10,502 nucleotides of DNA from Candidatus Heimdallarchaeota archaeon (GTDB lineage Archaea; Asgardarchaeota; Heimdallarchaeia; Heimdallarchaeales; Heimdallarchaeaceae): assembly GCA_021399345.1 (NCBI GenBank), contig JAAFKI010000090.1, forward strand, positions 1-10,502. The letters are read 5' to 3'. This document shows positions 1-6,510 of this stretch, in pieces. A program made the translations under genes and the position numbers. Numbering within the stretch: the stretch's first letter is position 1; every line of letters starts with the position of its first letter. The notes under the pieces were generated by a model that made no database searches, was not told where the DNA came from, and was given only the letters and a program-made list of their open reading frames with translations.

Positions 1-17
1 GAGCAATTATGACAACT

Positions 18-49
18 AAAAAACCCCCAAAGAATACAAGAACCCCGAG
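18..49. repeat. Direct repeat A, copy 1 (AAAAAACCCCCAAAGAATACAAGAACCCCGAG)
   Basis: 29/32 ungapped identity to 1819-1850, including an exact 18-mer GAATACAAGAACCCCGAG (32-49 = 1833-1850). On the minus strand it ends in a T-tract. Confidence 0.9.
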
Positions 50-85
50 AGAATGATACTACAGAAATAGAGAATAAAGGGTTGG

Positions 86-128
86 GAGGTCTTGGAGAAC
101 TTTGAACGTAGGAGGTGATCTATCCGCA
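86..128 (-). repeat. Direct repeat B, copy 1: fragment resembling the 16S rRNA 3' end plus a downstream hairpin
   Basis: 93-128 vs 3430-3465 is 31/36 identical. 110-128 (AGGAGGTGATCTATCCGCA) matches the reverse complement of the conserved 16S 3' end (AGGAGGTGATCCAGCCGCA) at 17/19. Confidence 0.85.
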
Positions 129-150
129 AATTAGGTGTCACACTTTTCAT

Positions 151-165
151 ACGAACTTTTATTAG
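151..165 (+). promoter_or_regulatory. Putative archaeal BRE/TATA promoter of the subtilase gene
   Basis: ACGAAC-TTTTATTAG resembles BRE + TATA, about 55-60 nt upstream of the ATG at 218. An SD-like AGGAG lies at 203-207. Confidence 0.45.
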
Positions 166-217
166 GCGAGTAATCATTAATTTAGTAATACTCATTCAAG
201 GAAGGAGTTGACAAAAA

Positions 218-1765
218 ATGAATAAAAAACTTATTACTATTCCAGCTCTAGTTTTTCTTCTATTTTTACTAGTAGTAGGGAATATTTCCACCGTAAAAGG
301 TGTAGAATGGCCTGAAATAGAAGAACCAGATCCTCAAGTTATATCTTGGGGTTTAGATGTAATAAATGCAGAAAAAGTATGGGGAGGAAATGAAGATGCA
401 ACAATGATATGTGCAAATCCAATTGCTACAGGAGCAAGGATTAATGTTGCAATCGTAGATAACGACTTTGATTATATGCATAATGATTTGATTGATCGTT
501 TTGCAAATGATCCTAATTTTGAAGAATCTCTTGCTAATCATGCCCATGGTACTGAATGTGCAGGAGTTCTTGCTGCAAGTGATAATGGTAAGGGGATAGT
601 AGGTGTAGCTCCAGAAGTGAATTTATACAGTATCCATGGTAGACCCGATTATTCTCTAACAGATGCTTTGCAACAAATAATAGAAATGAATACTGATGAT
701 GATTCAACTAACGATATATCTGTGATTTCGATGAGTTTAACTTTAGGTCCAAGTGATGACTTAATCAATAAAATTGCTATTTTGTATGAACAAGGAGTTT
801 CCATTGTACTTCCTTCAGGTAATGCTATAGATATCACAGCTGAAACTTATGGACACGGTGTTCGTTGGGGTTTTATCTCAGATAAAGTAATCATTGTAGG
901 AGCTATAGCTGAACCAGATGACCCCAATGATCCAGCTGACTATGAACTAGCTACTTGGCCTACTTACTGGGGAACTGGAGGAAGTAATTATGATGTAGAT
1001 CCTGGAGATCCTAGCGTTTGTCTTGTTGCTCCTGGAGATACAGTTCTAACAACTTATATTAGAACATCGGGAAGCCAAACTGATTCTACATATATATATG
1101 TATCAGGAACTTCTATTGCTACGCCTATGGTTGCAGGTGTAGTAGCTTTAATGCAAGAAGTCAATCCTGTTCTCAGAAAGGATTGTGATGCTGTAAAGCA
1201 AATACTTGAAGAAACAGCTTTTACATTAACGGCAGATGAAGACGCAATAGCAAAGTTTGGTGCTGGTTTGGTTCAAGCTGATGCTGCTGTTAGTCTAGCT
1301 CAAGAGTACCTTGATTATGATAGAGATGGAGATACCTTGAAAGACATAACGGAATACATTCATGGTCTAGACTGGCATGATAATTCTGATGGATTAGCTG
1401 ATCAAGATGTAGATGGATTGATTACTAGAGATGAAATAATGATTCACAATACTTTCTGGTATGATTACGATAGCGATGATGATGGTTGGAGTGATGGAGA
1501 CGAATGTGCTATATATGGAACAAATGGTCGTAGTAGTGAAGATACACCTATGCTAGACCATGATGGAGACGGCATAATAACTAAAACAGAAGTAGATGGC
1601 TTTTATATGGATGAATTTGGGTGGATATATACAGAACCCTATAATTCTGATACGGATGGTGATTCTTGGTCAGATGGCTATGAAATAGCGCCTTTAGGAT
1701 ACTTTGAAACACCATCTGATCCAACAGATCCGTTTAGTGTTCCACGTCCTTTTACGAGATGGTAA
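218..1765 (+). CDS. Secreted subtilisin-like serine peptidase (family S8) with C-terminal Ca-binding thrombospondin type-3-like (DxDxDG) repeats
   Basis: Signal peptide aa 1-28. Catalytic D81 (VAIVDND), H110 (HGTECAG), oxyanion N202 (SGN) and S299 (SGTSIATPMVAG). C-terminal repeats DRDGDTL, DVDGL, DSDDDGWSDGDE, DHDGDGI, DTDGDSWSDGYE. Confidence 0.93.
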   Translation: MNKKLITIPALVFLLFLLVVGNISTVKGVEWPEIEEPDPQVISWGLDVINAEKVWGGNEDATMICANPIATGARINVAIVDNDFDYMHNDLIDRFANDPNFEESLANHAHGTECAGVLAASDNGKGIVGVAPEVNLYSIHGRPDYSLTDALQQIIEMNTDDDSTNDISVISMSLTLGPSDDLINKIAILYEQGVSIVLPSGNAIDITAETYGHGVRWGFISDKVIIVGAIAEPDDPNDPADYELATWPTYWGTGGSNYDVDPGDPSVCLVAPGDTVLTTYIRTSGSQTDSTYIYVSGTSIATPMVAGVVALMQEVNPVLRKDCDAVKQILEETAFTLTADEDAIAKFGAGLVQADAAVSLAQEYLDYDRDGDTLKDITEYIHGLDWHDNSDGLADQDVDGLITRDEIMIHNTFWYDYDSDDDGWSDGDECAIYGTNGRSSEDTPMLDHDGDGIITKTEVDGFYMDEFGWIYTEPYNSDTDGDSWSDGYEIAPLGYFETPSDPTDPFSVPRPFTRW

Positions 1766-1770
1766 CAAGT

Positions 1771-1801
1771 AATTTTTTTTTCTTATTTTTTCTTATTCTT
1801 T
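1771..1801 (+). terminator. T-tract (archaeal-type) terminator of the subtilase gene
   Basis: T9 run at 1773-1781 followed by CTTATTTTTTCTTATTCTTT, starting a few nt after the stop codon. Confidence 0.55.
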
Positions 1802-1818
1802 GTCTAATTGCATTATTA

Positions 1819-1850
1819 AAAAAACCTCTAACGAATACAAGAACCCCGAG
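1819..1850. repeat. Direct repeat A, copy 2 (AAAAAACCTCTAACGAATACAAGAACCCCGAG)
   Basis: 29/32 identity to 18-49 in the same orientation. It lies between the convergent ends of the two protease genes. Confidence 0.9.
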
Positions 1851-1900
1851 CGTAAGAGAAGATTCTTTTAAAAATTGTAAACAAGTTTTATAAAATATAT

Positions 1901-1912
1901 AAAAAAAAGAAA
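1901..1912 (-). terminator. T-tract terminator of the caspase-like gene
   Basis: A8 run at 1901-1908 on + (T8 on -), about 10 nt past the stop codon at 1917. Confidence 0.45.
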
Positions 1913-1916
1913 CGAA

Positions 1917-3329
1917 CTATAGATAGAAAGAATTCTCTAAATCTCCATCTAAAATCATCCCTCTCTCAGGAGGTTTAAAGAAGTTTCGTAAAAGATCTCC
2001 AATTTCATGTGTATCCTCAAATGCTTCTTCCATAGAGTGGTCATAACCGTAATAACCCTCATATGTACCATAGTAATAATTCACTTCTTCAAGCAATAAA
2101 AGTTTAAGGAACCATACTGTGAATAACCCATCAGATAACACATAATTGCCTGAAGAAATATACAATGTGTTACTATCTATATAATCATCAACATAATATT
2201 CTAACCAATAACCAGAGAAACATGTTCCAAAATAGACGAAAGTTTGACACTGTAAAGGTAGAGTATTCTTAAGTTCTAGATCATTGATGGATTTATCATC
2301 TGCACACACAATATAACCACTTGGATCTATGCCATGGGAACCAAATATAACTGAGAGCATATCATTCTCAACTAAATTACTCCCTAATTCGTCCAATTTT
2401 ATCATTAAATTAATAAATGTAGCAGGGCCTTGATAATCACCTTCTGCATATGCAAGATATTCTTCTTGAAGGTAATTTTCATAATTTCCATAAAAATATA
2501 TTTCATCATAACGCATTGAGTATTTGAAGAAACTGTACCATTCATTGGCTCTATCAATATTTGATGGTAAATCGTCCGCATCCTCGAAGTATGCGATTAC
2601 TGCTATGACAGCAACACTTTTTCCAGCATTCAAATCAGTAAAGTCTACTACATTGTTTCCTCCACTTAGACCTGTTGAAGTATGTTTGATTTCTTTTATT
2701 CCACTCTTGTGAATCGCGATATCGTAATCTCTCGGTACTGCATTAGTAACAGCTTCGAATTCATAATAACCAGTGGAATCAGTAAATACTTTCTGTAAAA
2801 CCTCTCCTGTCCATGTTCTTATCAAATAGACTCTAGCATTTTCTATTGGTTCATTTGGGTTGCTGTTATCATATACATGACCTTTGAAAGTTGTCTGAAT
2901 TGAACCAAAAAACTCTAATTCAAAGTTTACCTCAAAACTACTACCCCATCTCGAAGATCCTGGCACTGGTTTGCTTTTCCAATAAAAATTAGCTCTAGAT
3001 GCTCTTATGCTGTATAGCTTGAATCTACTTGTTTCATAAGTTATACTGAATTCTCCATCAGGTGAAGTAGAATGTGTATGCCCTACGACTGAACCGTCTT
3101 CTAATAATTCAATCAATGCATCTGTTAAGGGCTCACTGGTTGGAGGATCTCCATACATCCCCATTACTGTTCCAAAATATGTCATTTCAGTTGTAGCAAA
3201 ACTGTTTTGTTGTATAAATGTAAAACTAATAAGAATACTGAAGATTATTAAAATGATTTTTACAATGTTTTTTCTTTGTTTAATTAATCCCAATTTATTT
3301 CCACTTCCTCTTCGATATTTATGATTCAT
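1917..3329 (-). CDS. Secreted or membrane-anchored clan CD (caspase/legumain/gingipain-fold) cysteine peptidase with two carboxypeptidase-regulatory-like (Ig-like) domains
   Basis: Hydrophobic N-terminal segment aa 22-39. Two G-x-V...EP-x-x-x-A-x-[IV]...T...DG/TG beta-sandwich modules (aa ~49-140 and ~146-233). The catalytic domain has strand-His LSVIFGSHG (H332) and strand-Cys FVYFGTCFSG (C370). Confidence 0.8.
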   Translation of the reverse strand: MNHKYRRGSGNKLGLIKQRKNIVKIILIIFSILISFTFIQQNSFATTEMTYFGTVMGMYGDPPTSEPLTDALIELLEDGSVVGHTHSTSPDGEFSITYETSRFKLYSIRASRANFYWKSKPVPGSSRWGSSFEVNFELEFFGSIQTTFKGHVYDNSNPNEPIENARVYLIRTWTGEVLQKVFTDSTGYYEFEAVTNAVPRDYDIAIHKSGIKEIKHTSTGLSGGNNVVDFTDLNAGKSVAVIAVIAYFEDADDLPSNIDRANEWYSFFKYSMRYDEIYFYGNYENYLQEEYLAYAEGDYQGPATFINLMIKLDELGSNLVENDMLSVIFGSHGIDPSGYIVCADDKSINDLELKNTLPLQCQTFVYFGTCFSGYWLEYYVDDYIDSNTLYISSGNYVLSDGLFTVWFLKLLLLEEVNYYYGTYEGYYGYDHSMEEAFEDTHEIGDLLRNFFKPPERGMILDGDLENSFYL

Positions 3330-3421
3330 TCTAGAAGAATCGAATATATATTTAATTTGAGATTTATAAGTAATTGCTATAAATTGAACAAATAAATTTT
3401 GTAAAAGTTGTTAACTTCAGT

Positions 3422-3466
3422 GAGATCTCTGGAGACCTCCGAACGTAGAAGGTGATCCATCCGCAG
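3422..3466 (-). repeat. Direct repeat B, copy 2: fragment resembling the 16S rRNA 3' end plus a downstream hairpin
   Basis: Minus strand reads CTGCGGATGGATCACCTTCT-ACGTTC-GGAGGTCTCCAGAGATCTC. 3447-3466 matches the conserved 16S 3' terminus at 18/20. It begins 2 nt past the stop codon of the HEPN gene. Confidence 0.85.
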
Positions 3467-3468
3467 TC

Positions 3469-4386
3469 TTATAAATTTTTTACTCTCTCCTCAACTTCTT
3501 CTCTTGAAAATAGACTGTTTAACTCAGATTGTGCTTTAATGAAATCTTTCATTATGAAATCATTATCTATTATTTCTGGATTTTTCTCAAGCAAAACAGA
3601 ATCTAATTTTATTATGATCCTTTGGGAAACCTCCAATAGCTGATTAATTGTCTCCAAACCAATTTCAATCTTCATTCCTAATTTTACATCTTGTCTATTG
3701 GTTTTTCTAAGAAATATCTGATTTACTTTCCCATCTCCATGAGTATAGATATCTCTAATAAGCTTCAACTCTGACAATTCATCAATTAGCTTATTTTCTA
3801 TATTGTGTTTCAAACCAATTTTCTTTTGTATATAGGTTTTCAACGTACTTCTATACCCTTCATATAATTGATTGTGGATACTTTTTGATATCATCTCTTC
3901 AATTATATCTTTTTTTTCCTTTGTTTCAAGTTCTTTTGCACTAAATGTTATTTTTCCCAATATCCCTGGGTTTTTCTTAAGTAGAAAAGTAATGAAAGAA
4001 ATGATATAATTGTCAGATTCAGTAAAAATAAACTGTATAGCATATCTATAAATAAACTCTAGATATTTTTCAAAACTAAATTCCTCAAAAATAAAATCTA
4101 AAGCCTTCTTATGGCTTTTTTTCATAGTTATTCTGACTTTCCCCTCTTCAAGCTCTTCACTATAGGGGATAGTTTTTCTATCAAGATCTACCTTTTTCAA
4201 TGTTTTTCCAAAATTTGAAAGTTCTTCTTTCAGTTCTTCTGTATAGGGAAATATTTTTTTCATACGTGTGATAGAAAATTGCATATATCCTATAAACGTG
4301 AAAATCCTTTGAATATATTTCGAGTAGAATTTGCTTCCTAATTCTGATGCATTTTTACTCATTTTCTTTTCCCCTTCATTTTTCAT
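3469..4386 (-). CDS. Putative HEPN-domain ribonuclease (hypothetical protein); alternative start at Met9 (4362)
   Basis: Lys/Glu-rich protein that appears helical. It carries an RxxxxH motif ELKLIRDIYTHGDGKVN (R211/H216) and an upstream acidic helix FTESDNYI, as in HEPN RNases. It overlaps the upstream gene by ATGA (4383-4386). Confidence 0.65.
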   Translation of the reverse strand: MKNEGEKKMSKNASELGSKFYSKYIQRIFTFIGYMQFSITRMKKIFPYTEELKEELSNFGKTLKKVDLDRKTIPYSEELEEGKVRITMKKSHKKALDFIFEEFSFEKYLEFIYRYAIQFIFTESDNYIISFITFLLKKNPGILGKITFSAKELETKEKKDIIEEMISKSIHNQLYEGYRSTLKTYIQKKIGLKHNIENKLIDELSELKLIRDIYTHGDGKVNQIFLRKTNRQDVKLGMKIEIGLETINQLLEVSQRIIIKLDSVLLEKNPEIIDNDFIMKDFIKAQSELNSLFSREEVEERVKNL

Positions 4387-5192
4387 CTAAATTTTCCCCT
4401 TTCTTTGGTTTGTTTAATAGTTTTCCTTGCAGTTTGTACAATTAATCCCTCATAAGTCATCCAAGTTAATGCGCATAAAAACGATAAAGCCAAAAGAATA
4501 ATTAAAGCAATCACTGGATTTTGTAACTTGTTTGTATAATTCGATATTAGTATTATATTGAAGAAACCCATGATTAGAATCAAATTAAGAATCCTTAAAC
4601 CCCATAAAATAATATAGTATCTTCTTTTCTTTTTCTTTGACATTTGTTTTAAAGTCTCATGTTCATAATGGTGAATTGCACTTTTTTTGTCTGGTATTAA
4701 TCCTCTTCTAACTTCTTTGTCTATTTCAAGTTGAAAAGACAGAAGATTTTCAGTAATGTATGTGGATCCATCAAGACAACCTGAGAGCTCAAAAACATAT
4801 TCTCCATCTGGAATGTACTTTTTAGCTCTAAAGCTTATGAGTTTTGTAACACTAGAACGTGGCTCAACTCCTATTCCTACAAATTCTGTGATTGTTTCTT
4901 CACTATCAATTGAAAAACCTTCACTGAATTTCGAAACTTGAAATTCAAATTTTTTATCATTTGATAACGAAATTAGGGTTCCTGTAAGATAATTAACAGT
5001 ATGTGAGTAGCTTCCAGAATTTGTTAATGCTAGAGGAAAAGCTATACAAAAATCCTCTTCATCTCTCCACAGAAAATGCATATTTGGTTCTCCAAAGAGA
5101 ATCTTCCCTTTGCGTAAGTATTGATAATAGAAACCTAATACAGATATAAATAATGCTGCAATAGCTATGAACAATGCTTCATCCATTTCCAT
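4383..5192 (-). CDS. Membrane protein: N-terminal TM helix, soluble Ig-like (LEA_2/WHy-like) domain, two C-terminal TM helices
   Basis: TM ALFIAIAALFISVLGFYYQY. Beta-rich middle with IAFPLALTNSGS. A basic stretch KKKKRR precedes the TMs YYIILWGLRILNLILIMGFFNIILI and PVIALIILLALSFLCALTWM. Confidence 0.7.
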   Translation of the reverse strand: MEMDEALFIAIAALFISVLGFYYQYLRKGKILFGEPNMHFLWRDEEDFCIAFPLALTNSGSYSHTVNYLTGTLISLSNDKKFEFQVSKFSEGFSIDSEETITEFVGIGVEPRSSVTKLISFRAKKYIPDGEYVFELSGCLDGSTYITENLLSFQLEIDKEVRRGLIPDKKSAIHHYEHETLKQMSKKKKRRYYIILWGLRILNLILIMGFFNIILISNYTNKLQNPVIALIILLALSFLCALTWMTYEGLIVQTARKTIKQTKERGKFR

Positions 5193-5240
5193 CCCATCTT
5201 TCTCTATTGTAAATTACCAAATCCTAGATATTAAATCTTT

Positions 5241-6398
5241 TTAATTTTTATCAATTATTTGTTGATAATTTCTTTTTGTTTCATAGTAAACAATCATCAG
5301 AATTATTGTGAAAAATGGGAATACCTCAAAAATTAAAGAACTCGTTCTCTCACTCTCTTTTCCTTCTAGAACAACTTGTTCTTCAATAGGATACAAATCA
5401 AAATTATTTGCTTTTCCTTCAATATAGTATATAGAATCTCCTTTTAAATCATCCCAATAGTTACCCTTTTTTCCACCCTCATAGTACCAATAATTCTCTC
5501 TTCCTTCGTCTCTTCCTTGTGAACGTCCATCTAAACTGTTATTCAGAAAATCATTTAGATATATTCTATTTCTCTCACACTCATCATCTAAAAACAACCC
5601 CCTAACTTTATTATCTTTGAAGAGATTAAAATTCAACAAACACCCAATTGTACTATCTAGCTTCATCCCTCTTAACCCATTTCCTTCTATAGTGTTGTTC
5701 ATGATTGCTGATCCACTTACTTCCTCTAAATATGCCCCCTCTTCACCATTTCTTGAAATGGTATTATTGTATAATATTGCATCAGTTCCTCCCATGTATA
5801 TACCTTTTTCCCCATTTTCAAAACATTTATTCTCATAAATTATCCCATTCTCAATAACAGCTATACTCATCCCTGAGTCTCCGTTAGCATAACAAGTATT
5901 ATTCTTCAATACCAAATTATAAATAAGAACTAATACCATACCCGATGATTCATGATTGGAACAGATATTGTCTTCAATCAGCACATCCTTGGCAACGTAG
6001 ATGACTATTCCATCACCATTTTCCTCTTCACTACTCACACAGATGTTATTCTCAATTCTAGCTCCACCATCAACCATATTTTCAATCAAAATACTTGTGT
6101 GTGAAACATCAATGTAACAGTTCCTGATAAGAAACTGCTTGGTAGTTGAAGTGATATAGATTCCAAAAGAAGTGCTAGATGTAATATTATAGTTCTCAAT
6201 CAAGTAAGGATCTTCATATGTACCTGAACCTGGAAAAACTAGGAAATCTTCATCTGAACTGATTTCGATAGGATTATGAGAAATGAGCAGAGTATTCTCA
6301 CTATTTGGATTAACTGTAGTCTCTCCGTCAACTGTGAATGTTAAAGAAATTGAAACACAAAGTAGAATAATTGTGTTTCTTTTCCATGAAGAAGTCAT
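5241..6398 (-). CDS. Right-handed parallel beta-helix (NosD/pectin-lyase-like) surface protein with signal peptide and C-terminal TM anchor
   Basis: N-terminal cap HNPIEISSDEDF..FPGSGTYEDPYLIENYNI. Repeated ~22-aa IxNNxxxxNxxxGI units. C-terminal IYLNDFLNN...GNYWDD...DLYP, then TM LIFEVFPFFTIILMIVYY. Confidence 0.88.
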   Translation of the reverse strand: MTSSWKRNTIILLCVSISLTFTVDGETTVNPNSENTLLISHNPIEISSDEDFLVFPGSGTYEDPYLIENYNITSSTSFGIYITSTTKQFLIRNCYIDVSHTSILIENMVDGGARIENNICVSSEEENGDGIVIYVAKDVLIEDNICSNHESSGMVLVLIYNLVLKNNTCYANGDSGMSIAVIENGIIYENKCFENGEKGIYMGGTDAILYNNTISRNGEEGAYLEEVSGSAIMNNTIEGNGLRGMKLDSTIGCLLNFNLFKDNKVRGLFLDDECERNRIYLNDFLNNSLDGRSQGRDEGRENYWYYEGGKKGNYWDDLKGDSIYYIEGKANNFDLYPIEEQVVLEGKESERTSSLIFEVFPFFTIILMIVYYETKRNYQQIIDKN

Positions 6399-6510
6399 TA
6401 GGGTTCTCTAGAACTACTAAATCATTCTATAAAAACCAACAAGAAATCAACTCACATACAAAGTTTTCTCGCGTTTTTAAACGATTTTAATTATTATAAC
6501 TCAGAAGAAA
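6399..6510. promoter_or_regulatory. Divergent promoter region between the beta-helix gene and the giant receptor-like gene
   Basis: 112-nt AT-rich intergenic region. TATA-like TTTTTAAA at 6474-6481, within the small palindrome CGTTT-TT-AAACG, about 30 nt upstream of GTG 6511. Confidence 0.4.

Noticed and set aside
110-120. AGGAGGTGATC as the Shine-Dalgarno site of the subtilase gene
   Set aside because: It is about 100 nt from the ATG and upstream of the likely promoter. A separate AGGAG at 203-207 is properly spaced.
129-158. Extension of 16S similarity (TACGAACTT vs TACGACTT at about the right spacing)
   Set aside because: The intervening bases do not match, and the motif is better explained as the BRE/TATA of the subtilase gene.
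353-837. Short minus-strand ORFs 353-547 and 649-837
   Set aside because: Antisense shadows of the subtilase gene.
3362-3417. AT-rich palindromes (ATTTATA-N9-TATAAAT; AAGTT-GTT-AACTT) as dif/Xer or operator sites
   Set aside because: Expected by chance in very AT-rich intergenic DNA, and they do not fit the dif consensus.
86-3466. An actual 16S rRNA gene
   Set aside because: Only about 20 nt match the 16S 3' terminus in each copy. The flanks are AT-rich or protein-coding, with no other rRNA motifs.
18-3466. CRISPR array formed by the A/B repeats
   Set aside because: Only two copies of each repeat, 1.8 and 3.3 kb apart, with no regular spacers and no cas genes.
3452-3643. 63-aa + strand ORF starting inside repeat B2
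   Set aside because: Its GTG start is part of the repeat, and it lies antisense to the HEPN gene with no recognisable features.
4144-4257. Short peptide repeat PY[TS]EEL.E, twice in the HEPN protein N-terminus
   Set aside because: Only two short copies in a Glu/Lys-rich protein, too weak to interpret.
2524-5838. Short + strand ORFs 2524-2712, 4756-4941 and 5617-5838
   Set aside because: Antisense shadows within well-supported minus-strand genes.
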